Positions 11,156-23,508 of a stretch of 64,000 nt of DNA are shown in pieces. A program made the translations under genes and the position numbers. Each line of letters starts with the position of its first letter. The stretch's first letter is position 1. The stretch lies in NCBI RefSeq assembly GCF_009834535.1, contig NC_045713.1, positions 18,662,001 to 18,726,000 of the forward strand. Direction: 5' to 3'. The DNA is from Camelus ferus. Taxonomy: Eukaryota. Under the pieces are notes generated by a model that did no database searches, was not told the origin of the DNA, and saw only the letters and a list, made by a program, of their open reading frames with translations.

Positions 11156-13283
11156 AGGGGAAATATAAGTCAGATCATGTTATTTTCTTGCTCAAAACCC
11201 TCCAGTGGCTCTTCGTTTCATGGAAAACACAAGCCAAAGTTCTCACTGTGGCCCACAAAACGTTAAGTCCTCAAATGTCTAATTATCTGCCATCTCCCTC
11301 AGCTCACCCCTTTCCAGCCTCCCTGCTGTCCCAGCTCTGTCATCAATCCATCACTCCTTTGCCTCAGGGCACCTGTTGTTCTCTCACTGGCTCATTCCCT
11401 CTCCCCTTTGTCTTTGTTCCTTCTGCTTCTACTATCCAATTTACCTTTTCTTCCAGTTTATGGCCCCTCTTCCCTACTAGGATGTAAAATCCACCAGAAC
11501 TGTGATTAGTGACTGCTGTATGCCCAGTACCTCAAACAGTGCCTGGGAGCAGAGTGGGTGAATACTGAATCAGTGACTATTTAGGGAATGAATAAATGCT
11601 TGGGGTGGCCCTTGCCCCTAAGAGTGGTTAAGAGGCTTTTGCCTTCCAAAGTCTGGGCTCTAAGAAGCAAAAATCTGTATCATCCAAAAGGGAGAGGTTG
11701 AAGGATTTGAAAGAAAAGGACTAAGTTTCCAGAGCTGGGAACTTGTTAATAAATATAGAAAATGAAATAGTACACTGGTGGTAGGTAAGCAATCCATTGG
11801 TTCTTTCCAGAATGTGAACTGGAGAACACAGAGAGGATTGGCCAGTTATAAGTGAGGGGAGGATGGTGCAGACAGGCAGACAGACAGACGTCATGAGGGA
11901 TGTAAATATGAAGTCTGTGAATGCAGGACGGTGATAACTTGGAGGGCTATCTCCATTCCTAATGGCCGCTCTAGTCCCAGTCCACACATACTCTCACACT
12001 GAACCTTTTCTCTTTTGTGGCTCTTGAATGAATAAAATGTTGACTAAGCAAGGATGTGGCAGCAAGGAGCCTCTGGGCGTGATGGGGACCAGTGGTCCTC
12101 CGGCTGATGTGGATGGCAGCGGGAAACACAGGCCAGGATCTCCCTGTTCCCCACCCCACCAGTCCACCAGGCCCAACTGCCTACAAACCCAAGACAAATC
12201 AGGGCTAAGCTTGCTTTTTTGGACTCACACAGAAGATCTGCCGGTGCAAATGCTGCTGGCTGCTTCACTGCTAGCTCCCAGCCCAGGCTCCCCACCCACC
12301 ACTTCCTCCTGGGTAACTCGGCACAGGCCGCTTTTTGTCAGGATGGTTCCGACACAAACATCTATGTCACCGCAGTGTTCTTTCCCCTTCTTCCCACGTG
12401 CCAGGAGATTAGAAGGAGGAATTCCCCAGAGAAAGAGACTGAGCCTCAGGAGAGAGGCCATCACTAAGGCCACCACCCTATTCCAAGGCCCTTATGATCT
12501 CATGGCTAGATGGACTGTGCATTCTAAAGTTCTAGAAACTCTACGTGGATTTTCCCTCCACCTGGAGGGAGGGCTGAGCTGAACATACCACAGGCAGGGA
12601 TTTTCTAAGGATGGCACTCCTTGGGTATTCATCTGCCATCCATGGGGCCCGTGTCCCTGGGTGACCTCACTTCAAGGGCTCCATTTCCAGCCTCTTGGTA
12701 TGTGGTTGATTTTTGTGGCCATAAGAGCATACAGTTCAGGGCCAGCGATCTGGGGATCAGTTCCAAGTGGTATTTTTTTGCCACGTTGTGCTGATGAGTC
12801 TTCTCACCTCTCTGGGTCTTGGTTCCTCCCTCTATCCATAGCTCAGACTTCTATGGGATTCAACAATCTGTGAGTTCAAATAGGAGGGTATTAACCTAAT
12901 ACTCCCATGTTGTTGCTTTAGTACTCCCACCTGCTTGCACAAGATCTCCAGCTTCCTGAGAATCCACTGTGCTGTTTCAAAAAGTCTCATGTACCATCCC
13001 CCGGAGCGGGAGCTGCTCCTGGCTTCACACCTCAGCTGTCATTGTACAGCCAAGACCTTGGATATATATAGCAATTCTTGGCGATTAGCCCTAAGCCCTC
13101 AGAATGCCAAGGCTAACAGAAGGGTGTGATAGAGTTGAGGGGGAAAACCTCTCTCTGCTTTGAGTTACATCACGGTAGAGTGTCCCCAAGCTCTAGTGCT
13201 TGGGCTCTAGTGTGCAAGGCTACTGAAGCAGCTCTTTCTGGTTCTACTTAACGCTCCTCTCTCAATCTCTCTCTCTCTCTCTC

Positions 13284-13590
13284 TTTTTTGATTTTATTTT
13301 GTATTGAAGCCTAGTTGATTTACAATGTTAGTTTCAGGTGTACAGCAAAGCAATTCAGTTATACACATACAGACATATACATGTTTTCTTTCCAGATTCT
13401 TTTCCATTATATGTTATTATAAGAAATTGAAAATAGTTCCCTGTGCTGTACAATAGGTCCTTCTTGTTTATCTATTTTCTATATAGTAATGTGTGTCTGT
13501 TAATCCTCAACTCCTAATTTATCCCTCCCTTGCCCTTTCCCCTTTGGTAACCATAGTTTGTTTTCTATGTCTGTGAGTCTATTTTTTAAT
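13284..13590 (-). mobile_element. L1 3' end fragment
   Basis: ATTGAAGCCTAGTTGATTTACAATGTTAGTTTCAGGTGTACAGC..GGTAACCATAGTTTG. Confidence 0.85.
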
Positions 13591-15470
13591 CTCTTTCACT
13601 CTTGAACTCTGATTCAGGGGGCTGAGCCAGACATATACTTGAATAATAGCCCCTATATCTAGGAAGGATTTCTACTCCCCTCTGACAACAAAGACCTCAG
13701 TCCTGGGTCAAGCTCGTTCTAGTATGAGTCTCCCCCTACCTTCAGGAAGCTCCTCTGCCCCCTCTTGAAAAAGTCTTCTCCAGTGTCACCTCAAAAGCTC
13801 TCAGACATGCCTAGGCAGTCTTGAAATTCCAAAGTGGTCAAAATCCAAGTTTGACCTGCTACACCTACAATGGGGATGTCAGTAACGCCTACCACTTTCT
13901 TTTGTTACAAGAAAAGCGAAGTCCTTGCTGTCACTCTACCTCAAAGGAAAAAGGAAGACATTCCCCATATTCTGACAGGTAGCTTAAGTGCATCTAGAAA
14001 ACAAACCAAACAGAACCCGGAGGACCGGTTATTGTGTGATATGTTTGATCTGCACAGTGAGGTGAAGTGTTTGGGGGAAGCAGCAGCTGTGTCTAAGATC
14101 TGAAGGATTAGGAAGGCCTCCTCCCAGGTCTCACTGTCCATCAGACTCTTCTCAACCCTTTCTGTCACCCATCCTTCAGCTGAATATTCCTGAAGCTTCA
14201 GGAATTATGGATGACTGAATTTAGAGGATCTCAGCCAAATCTCACCTTATGTCAAGTAACAGGAGCCCATCCGAACTGGCTAAAACCAAAAGAATAAATT
14301 TGTTTAAAGGATATCACAAAGCCCTTAGGGGAACCCTGATACAATTAGGTCTTCCAGGTGGCTGGAAAGGGCAGCACATCTTCCCCCAATTCTTTCCTTC
14401 ATCTCTGCAGGTCACCTTTCTCCACCTTTTCAACAAAGCTTGAGAAAGGTTGTCCTTTATTGGCACCGTCATTCCATTTTTATATATACTTAATTGAAAA
14501 GACCACCAGAGGCTAAGATCTCTGAATTTCCACCCTCTTAGGAAGGAGAATCTGACCCAGCTAGAGTCCAATGTCCGCCCTACAGTAAGCAGCTAAGGTC
14601 AAGGGAACAGGGTCACACCCTAAATCTCCAGATGAGGAAGTAGCTCTTAAATAGAGGTTGTGGGGCTAGGGTTAGGCAGAAGTGCCCAAAGCTCTTTGTT
14701 AGCTGGGGTGAATTTCGATCTTACACTATAACTTGGTTCAAACTTTCTTTAGCTTCATGTCCTACTTTTCTTCCTTAATCTCTCATCAGCTCATCCTCTT
14801 TGCCTGAAGTGTGCCTTCCTTGTTGCCACTTGTCAAAATCTTCCCAAAATCTTCTCTAAGGCTTCATGCCAACTTTTCCATGCTATTCTTTGTGATACCT
14901 TCCACTGAAAGTGTAGTAAAACATTTCAGATTTGAAAGGACTCCTGAATATCACCTAATTCAACCCCTCCTTGCCTCACACAAGTCCCTTATATATTACC
15001 TCCTACTGAACCTTCAGCCAGCCCGCTTACACACCTTCAAAGGTGGGATGCTCAAGACTTCTCAAGGAGATCCGCTGCATCTCCAGCACCTCTTCCTGTA
15101 GGAAAGTGCTTTCCTGCATTACATGCCAATTTTCTTCCTGTGACTTCCATGCTCTAGACTTGGTTCTGCCCTGTGGAAATGTAGGATGAGTCTGTTTATT
15201 TTCCCGCCTGGAAGCCCCTTCAGAAATTTGGACAGGATTCATGTCAGTCCTTACTCTTCTCTCTTCCAGGCTGAACATCCTCAGTCACAGCTAATATTCC
15301 CCATAAAACAAAGCCTCCAGTCCTCTGACTACCCCAAGAAGAACACCTGTTTCAACTACACTCCTAAAATCTGATGCCTCAAAATAAATGCAGCAAGGAT
15401 ATTCAAGGAAATCTTTAAATTAAAAAAAGAAGAAGAAAATAGGTTAAATACCCAGCGTAATAAGAATCTG

Positions 15471-15555
15471 GGGGTCGGGGTATAGCTCAGTGGTAGAGCG
15501 CATGCTTAGCACGCACGAGGTCCAGATTTCAACCCGCAGTACCTCCATTTTAAAA
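15471..15555 (+). mobile_element. tRNA-derived SINE
   Basis: GGGGTATAGCTCAGTGGTAGAGCGCATGCTTAGCACGCACGAGGTCC..AGTACCTCC. Confidence 0.88.
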
Positions 15556-16480
15556 AGTTGGTTGTATCAATTAAACAAATCTATTTATAGAATACTATTC
15601 AACCTTTAACAAAATATCGTAGACTTACATCTATTAGCATAGAAAGATTGTCATAATGCAAGTAGGAAAAAAGCAAGTTATGAAACAGTGTGTGTTACAT
15701 CTTAATCTGTCTGCGAGGCAGGAAGTCCCTTCCTGAGCTTCCCTCTCTCCCACATCTCTGCCTCTCAAATACTTCATTTTTTGGTGTATACATAAAACAT
15801 ATTGGGGGAGGATATTTACTGAACTCTGCATAGTTATTTCTAGATTCTAGAGCTGTCTTGCATTAGTTCTGGAGTATAGAGGATGAGGCTTGGGGGATCT
15901 TTCATGCTGTGATTAATATATCTGTAATGTTTGCTTTTAATAAAGAGCACATATTACTGTCATAATCTGAAAACAACAATAATAAAGGTTTTGCAATGCC
16001 TTGGTGAGCTCTGAATATCAGGGTGTTGACCTATTTCCTCTTTCACATTCTTTTCATTTATTTATTAAACAAATGCTCTCTAAAGCCTTCTCTGCACCAG
16101 ACCTCAGACTGGGCCTTGGGCTCTTAGAGCCTAGTGAGGTGTGATCCCAGCTGTGAAGAGCTCACATATTTCAGAGAAAACCTAGCATGATGTGTGGTAA
16201 AACAGAGGAAATCACAGGGCTCAGGCATCACAGAAGAGGGATTTCTTGGAGTTTTGAAGATAACAGTGTTTGTTGGTCATAAAGGGCTTTTTGATGATTG
16301 AGAGCAACCTATGCAAAGGTCCAGAGGCAGGGAGAGGTGTACCCCGTCTTCTGTCTACCCCCTCCACCTGCTTCCTTCAGTCCAAGCCAGCAACCATCCT
16401 TCACTGTCCTCTGCTGCATTCTTCCCCTCCAGTCTGTTTTCGACATAGCAGCCAGAGTGATCTTTCAAAAACAAAAATTC

Positions 16481-16581
16481 ATGCTCATTTTGGCAACACA
16501 TATACTAAAACTGGAATGATACAGAGAAGATTAGCATCGCCCCTGCACAAGGATGATTTGCAAATTCGTGAAGTGGTCTAT
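16481..16581 (+). pseudogene. U6 snRNA retropseudogene
   Basis: Near full-length match to recalled U6 (CACATATACTAAAA.TGGAA.GATACAGAGAAGATTAGCAT..CCCCTG..CAAGGATGA..GCAAATTCGTGAAG). A-rich tail, AAATTC TSD at 16475-16480 and 16602-16607, sits in L2, no snRNA promoter upstream. Confidence 0.92.
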
Positions 16582-18276
16582 AAAAAAATACACACACACA
16601 CAAATTCAACCATGTCATCCCCCTGCTTAAAACCAATCCTGTGGCTTCCTCTTTCTCTTAGGAGGAAAAGTCCAAAGTTCTTCCATGTTACCCATCAGAT
16701 CTTGCACCCAAATCATCAGGAAATCTCTTGGCTCTACTTTCAAAAAATATCCTGAATCTGCCTGCCTCTCACTATCTTTAATGTAGCCACTAGTGCAAAC
16801 CACCATCATTTCTCCTCTGGGATTTTGGCAGGAGCCTCCTCACCTTCCCTCTGGTTCCACCTCCCAAGTCCATCTGCCCTCACCTTAGCTAGGGTGATCA
16901 TGTCAGTCCTCCGGTCTAAACCCTCCAAAGGCTCCTGTCTCACCCAGCGCCAAAGCCAAAGGCCTTACAGGCACAGTGGGCTCTTCATTGCCACTCTGAC
17001 ATCAACTCCTTCTGCCCTTCTCTTGACCATTTGTCTCCAGCCATGCTGGCCTCTGACGGTTCCTCCAACCCATCAGGCTTGCTCTGTCTCCAGGACTTTG
17101 CTAGGGGTGTTTCTCTGTTTGGAATGCTCTTCCTATAGAGTATCACGTGACTTCCTCCCTCACCACCTTCAAAAGCGCTCTACTGACCTCGATCTCTGTC
17201 TCCAAATCCTCTGTTCCCCGAGTTCTGACATCATTATGAGCCTCTTTCTCTCCTTGTTTCCCTCTTGTTCTTATGGCAAGAGCTGACCCACTAGGGCTTC
17301 TCACATACAGATGTGAGATACAAAGATGAAACTTCCTGCCATTTGGGATGGTGGAAGGTGGTTAAGAGTGCGAGAGCTGTGGTCATGGGTGTCATTTCTC
17401 AAATCTTCTGAGGCAGAGCCTGTAGCTGGAAGCCCCATGGAGAAAGCCCAGGGGAGGTGGGAGCTGAGAACTAGAGCTGTAGCTGGCCAAGGTGAGAGCC
17501 CTGTCAGGAACCAACAATGGGGACCCTGAGCTGGCTGTCAGGCCAGAGCGCTGGGGGCTCAGGCCAATGGGAAAGGTTTTGGACCTCTGGGGTGTGGCTG
17601 CAGATTAAAAAACTCGAGCAGAGTTAGATTATGTCACTCCTACAATGACCTCTGAGGCCATGTCCTGTACCACCTCCCCCATGCCCTCTGCCACTTCTGT
17701 CTGACTTCATTTCCTCTAACTCTTCCTACTCACTGTGGAGCAGTCACCCTGGCCTCCTTGTTGTTCCTAGACCACCCCAGGTATACTCCTTCCTGCCCCA
17801 GGGCCTTTGCACTTGCCATTCTCTCTGCCTGAAACACTCTTTCCCAGATATTTGCATCGTTGTTCCATCAGGCTTTTACTTCAGGGTCCCCTTCTCAATG
17901 AGGGCTTCCCTGGCCACAATCACACAATACACACTCACATACCAGACTTTTTATACCCTTCTCTCCAAACTTTATTTTTTCTCCTTAATATCTATCCCTA
18001 ACTAGCAAGTGATTGATCTTATCTACTGTTATTTCTCTCCATTAGCATGTCAGCTCCATGAGGACAGGGATTTTTGTCTGTTGTGTTCACTGCTGTATCT
18101 CCAATATCTAGTGCAGTGACTAACACAAAGGAGGTATTCTATAAATATTTGTGAATGAACCGAGAAGTGTTGAGCATCTATTACATACCGGATGTTTTTC
18201 AGCCTTTATTTTATTTCTTACTAGAAATAAATGGGATGATCCCATTTTTGCTTTTTTTTTTTTTTTTAATTTCATT

Positions 18277-18396
18277 TTGGGGGGGTAGGTAATTAAGTTG
18301 GTTTATTTATTTATTTTTAGAGGAGGTATTGGGGACTCAATCCAGGACCTCATGCACGCCAACCATGCACTCCACCACTTGAGCTATACCCTCCCC
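18277..18396 (-). mobile_element. tRNA-derived SINE with poly(A) tail
   Basis: Minus strand reads GGGGAGGGTATAGCTCAAGTGGTGGAGTGCATGG..GAGGTCCTGG..CCCCAATACCTCC..AAATAAATAAACC. Confidence 0.88.
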
Positions 18397-18889
18397 CTGT
18401 TTTGTTTTGTTTCTTAAAGTATATGTAATACACAGAACACATATACTTTGCGGCTCCAAACAGCCGGGAAGGAATGGTAGGGCGTCCCCTGGCGGTCATT
18501 GTGAGGTGGTGTCCCTCCATATAGTACATACGAAAAAATGCCTAAACTAAGCTCTGCTCCTTAAGGTGTCAATAGTACTTCTCTCTGGGGGGAAGGATTT
18601 CAAGTTATTTTAACTTTTTTCCTTTTTACTAAATTTCATTTAGTGACTTTTCTCCAATGACAGAAGAATGATCTTGCAATAAGAAAAAATTTGAATTGAA
18701 AGTGTACTAAGCATACGGAAGTATTTTCAGTGTATATATACTGAATGTATATTTCACCACAATAAAAAACAGTCTAAAAAGTGTACTGAACCTTAAAATG
18801 TAGTATTATGACTAAATGATTATCATAATGGGGGAAAAAACTACAACTAGCCCTAGCCCCAAGGCTTTTGATGTATATGGAAAACAAGT

Positions 18890-19110
18890 GGGCGAGGGGG
18901 AGGGGCAAGACAGGGAAGCGGGATTAAGAGGTACAAACAACTATGTATAAAATAAATAAGCTGTAGGATGTATTGTGCAGCACAGGGAATACAGCCAATA
19001 TTTTACAATAACTTTAAATGCGGTAAATCTATAAAAAAATTTTGAATAGTTAAGTTGTACACCTGAAACATATATATAGTTAATCAACTATGCCCCAATT
19101 TTAAAAAATG
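18890..19110 (+). mobile_element. L1 3' end fragment
   Basis: AGAGGTACAAACAACTATGTATAAAATAAATAAGCTGTAGGATGTATTGTGCAGCACAGGGAATACAGCCAATATT. Confidence 0.85.
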
Positions 19111-19684
19111 ACAAGCTGGTATTCAAATCCTCGTTCCTTAAAACCTCTCTTTCTTCTCCTTTGCCTGCTCTCCCAACCTCACCTCCAGGATTTTACCTTT
19201 GCAATCTTTGACCCAAATGGTAGATGTATTCAGTGAATCTCTCAGTGAAAAATAAGCAAAAGATTTTTTAAAAATCACTTTTGAATGCTCATGATGCAGT
19301 TACAAGGATCCACCCAGGTGGATTGTCTGCACAAAGGCATATGAACTTGTTCTGAGCCCAGTGGGTTGATCACTGGCCAAGGCAAATTTACTTTGCACTG
19401 GCCCAGGTGAACATTGCTCCCAGGTAGAAGTGACAGGGAGCGATATGGATGAAAATCTTCCCCCAAAAGAATCCTGATTCCTTGAGAGGCATTGCAAGGA
19501 GTTATTAGTATTATCAAGGGGGCCCCTAGGATGAGCGATAAAGCACCAGCCTTCAGGTCAGACAGACATGGGTTTGCATTCTCACTAGGTTGATTCCCAG
19601 CTAGTGACCCTGTGCAAGACCCCTAACCTATCAGGGATCTCAGTTTTTGCCTCCGTAAAACGGAGATTAGAATGCCAACTTCCA

Positions 19685-19741
19685 GGGGGGAAGGGGATAG
19701 CTCAGTGGTAGAGTTTGTGCTTAGTATGCATGAGGTCCTGG
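19685..19741 (+). mobile_element. 3'-truncated tRNA-derived SINE head
   Basis: GGGGATAGCTCAGTGGTAGAGTTTGTGCTTAGTATGCATGAGGTCCTGG, then no B box or tail. Confidence 0.8.
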
Positions 19742-22529
19742 TCATCCTAAGGCTCAGCATATGTACTTAGCAATGTATAAAATGATGTATTCGTTTCACA
19801 AAAGTTATTGCCTGGGAAACCAGGGTGGACAAAACAAAGAAGCCTCTGCTCTTTGGACCTTACAGCCTAGTGGGACAGATAGTTATGGTGTAATCACATG
19901 AATAAAGAAGTACAAATTGTACTAAATACTGAAAAGGAAAAGTCCAAAGACCTAAGAGAGTATGTAACCAGAAGTACCTGATGGAGTCAATTTTTAACCC
20001 AGGCAAGGTGACTACAGATGTAATAGAATGTTCTTGTTTTTCCCAAAAATGATAAAAGAATCCTTCATGGTCACAATATGCTGAACATTTTGAAAAGAAC
20101 TTTTCATAGTTGAGATTTTCATATGATCCAAAGCAGAGATTATGACCCTGATTTTACAGTAGGGGAAACTAAGGTGTAGAGAAATTATGTAACTTCCTTA
20201 AGGCCAGACAGCTCACTGATAGCAGATCCAGAGGTTCGACAAAACCCAGGGATCTTTCGCTTCCACATCTATAGTTACGTGAACACTAATGTAACTACCA
20301 CCCAGCCCAAGGAACAGAATTTAACAAAGCTCAGAGGGCCCCTATGTTCCCTTCCCCAGAAGTAACTCCTATGCTAAATTTTGTTAATCATTCACTCTTT
20401 TACCTTCTGAAAGTTTTTTTTATCATTTATGCATCTCTCAACAATATATTATTGCTTGTATATAAATGGCATCTTAGTTTATGTCTTCTTCCGTAACTTG
20501 CTTCTTCCCTCAACGTTTTGTTTTTGAGATTATCCATACTGATGGCGCTGCCTATACTTCATTTTCTCAGATAAATAATATTCCATTGTGATTATATCCC
20601 AATTTATTTATGCATTCCCTTGTTGACAGACACTTGGATCATTTCCAGTGTTTTACTGTTATAGTTCTTTTTTTTTTAAGGGAGATAAATGAATTTCTTT
20701 TTATAAAAAAATTTTCAAGGTATTATAAATTTTGTGAATTTGAATTCCAGTCCCTGTACCCATGTTAACAGTACTATATGATAATAGGTTCTGTCATTTA
20801 GTTTGAGTTTACCATCAGCCAGGAACGGTGTTAGGTGCTTTATACACATTTTAAATTTTAACTAGCATAATATTCCTATTTGATAAGTGTTATTACCTTC
20901 AGGTGAAAGGACTATTTTATAGGCAATGAAAGTGAGTTTCCTACAGGTTAGACAATTCACCTAAGGTCATTAGGAGAGCCAAGATTGAAACTCAGTCTAA
21001 TTCTAATGTTCTAGGTCCTCCCAATTCACTCCAGGACTTAATACTGTATTGTGCAATAATAAAAAACCAAATGTATACATCTGAAACTAACATTGTAAAT
21101 CAACTATGCTTCAATTAAAAAATATTTTTAGAAACAACTGTAACAATGTGCCATAAGATCTATGAGTATCNNNNNNNNNNNNNNNNNNNNNNNNNNNNNN
21201 NNNNNNNNNNNNNNNNNNNNNNNNNNNNNNNNNNNNNNNNNNNNNNNNNNNNNNNNNNNNNNNNNNNNNNNNNNNNNNNNNNNNNNNNNNNNNNNNNNNN
21301 NTCCTACATTTTTAATTAATCAATTAATTATTTATTGAAGTATAATTTATGTGCAATAACAGTCATTCTTGTATATATCACCTGGGGCACTTGTGCAGCA
21401 GTTTCTCTAGGGCATGTCCTATGGGTGCAATTGCATGGGTTTACATATGTCCAAATTTATCAGTTAAGGCCAAGCTCTTTTCCAAAATGTGTGCACCAAT
21501 TTATATTCCCATAGCAGTTAATTTTTTTTCAAATATGTATTACATTTAAATTTTAAAAGAATTTTTTTAAGTTCCAAATGTTAAAACAAGAAAAACACAA
21601 TATAATGGAAAATATCTCCTGTTCCCTTATCATCTCATTCCCTCCCCAGAAGCAATCAAAATATCCAGTTTCTGGTGATCACTCTTCCAGAGCTATGCTT
21701 CTGTATAGACTTTCCTACTTTTTTTTAAAACAAGTAATAGTGTTCTATACATTACTGTTCTGAAGCGTCTTTGTTTCTCTTAACAAACATCATCGGAAGT
21801 ATAATCTGGTGGTCTTTGGAGCAGATTGTCTGGATTCACATCCAGCTCCACTCCAAATTGGCTGTGAATTTGAACAGGTCATTTAATCTCTCTGTGCCTT
21901 ATATTCCTTATCTGAATATCTCATGAGAATCTTAATTTATAAGGTCTTTATGAGAATTAAGTTAGTTAATATATGTAAAGCATTTAGAATTGTGCCTATT
22001 AGAACTATAACTGTTATCAATATAATCACATCAATGTTTTCTTATTCTTTTTTACAGTTATTTTGTGGCCTGTAATGTAAATGTATCATAATTTATTTTC
22101 ATCATAATTGATAAACACTTAAGTTGTTTCCAGTATGTTGATATTACAAAAAGCACAGCAATAACTAACTACCATTTCCTACTCAAACAGGCCAGTGCAT
22201 CTGCAGGATAAAGTTCTACAATTGGAACTTCTGGGTCAAAGGTAATGCATGCCGTTATAATTTTAAAGGATATTGGCAAACTACCCTTCATGAATACATC
22301 ACAGACTCTCACATACGTTAACTTAAAGATATATAGAAACTTTAGAATAAAAGAAACTTAGGTAAGCTTACTTTTTGTCCAGATGAGTCAGCTGATTCCG
22401 GGAGAGGGAAAGTGACTCACACAGGCAGTTGGTGGAAGCAGCATGAGAACCCATGCAGGTGTCTGGACTTAAGAGTCCTAAAATTCTTTCAAGTCCATGT
22501 TAACATTTCATTATTTTTTTAAACAACAC

Positions 22530-22905
22530 TATAACATTTTTTATTGAGTTATAATCATTTTACAATGTTGTGTCAAATTCCAGTGTAGAGCACAATTTTT
22601 CAGTTATACATGAACATATATATATATTCATCGTCACATTTTTTTCTCTGTGAGCTACCACAAGATCTTGTGTATATTTCCCTGTGCTATACAGTATAAT
22701 CTTGTTTATCTATTCTACAATTCTGAAATCCCGTCTATCCCTTCCCACCCTCCTCACCCTTGGTAACCACAAGTTTGTATTTATTGTCATGAGTCTGTTT
22801 CTGTTTTGTATTTATGCTTTGTTTGTTTTGTTTTTTTTTTTTTAGATTCCACATATGAGCAATATCATATGGTATTTTTCTTTCTGGTTTACTTCACTTA
22901 GAATG
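22530..22905 (-). mobile_element. L1 3' end fragment upstream of SEPHS2
   Basis: TTTACAATGTTGTGTCAAATTCCAGTGTAGAGC..TAGATTCCACATATGAGCAATATCATATGGTATTTTTC..ACTTCACTTAGAATG. Confidence 0.88.
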
Positions 22906-23204
22906 GATGCAGCAGTTTGCTTACATAATGTTAGTAACTTACAATTTCTCATCATTTTTTTCTAATTTTTTCCCCCTTGACTATTTCCTACCCTGTATTG
23001 ATCATGTGCGCTCTCAAGTGACCCTTGGACAGTTCTGACTTGCTTGAGGTTTGCCGAATGACCGATCTTCCCTTGTCTTAGAAAATGCTGGATTTGGTCA
23101 ACTGCCTCGAGGGGAACAGAGTTTCGCCAGGTTCTCCCAAGAGTTCATTTAAATTGCATCAAGGGGAATGAACAAAATCGCTTGTTCTGTAAACTTGCCG
23201 AGAC

Positions 23205-23350
23205 CAATTTCGGAAGCTGGTGGTTGATTTGTAATACATCTTTTAGACGGCAGGAAGCCCGCCCCTCGGTGACAAAGTCCTCATTGGATGGTACAGCTGT
23301 CAATCACCATGGGTATAAATAGGAGAGGCCAGCGGCTCCTCCTTCAGGAC
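23205..23350 (+). promoter_or_regulatory. SEPHS2: SEPHS2 core promoter at the edge of a CpG island (approx. 23240-23840)
   Basis: CGGAAG at 23211-23216, GC box CCCGCCCC near 23258, ATTGG at 23283-23287, TATAAATA at 23314-23321. Confidence 0.75.
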
Positions 23351-23508
23351 CGCCAGGAGCGCGTGGGGAGGCAGTAGTCCTTCCGCGAGAGTTGTGCCGG
23401 GGAAAATCTCTGCGGTAACGTCTGACTTACTCCTTATTAACTGGAGTAGAAAGTAAAAAGGATCTCCTCTACTCGCTCCTCCTTTCCCCTCCCTGCAGGG
23501 CAGGCGTG

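Noticed and set aside
12028-12582. 184-aa plus-strand ORF, and other 100-160-aa intergenic ORFs (16270, 16825, 36778, 47395, 49277)
   Set aside because: No recognisable domain or splice context. Several overlap L2 or U6-derived sequence, and such lengths occur by chance.
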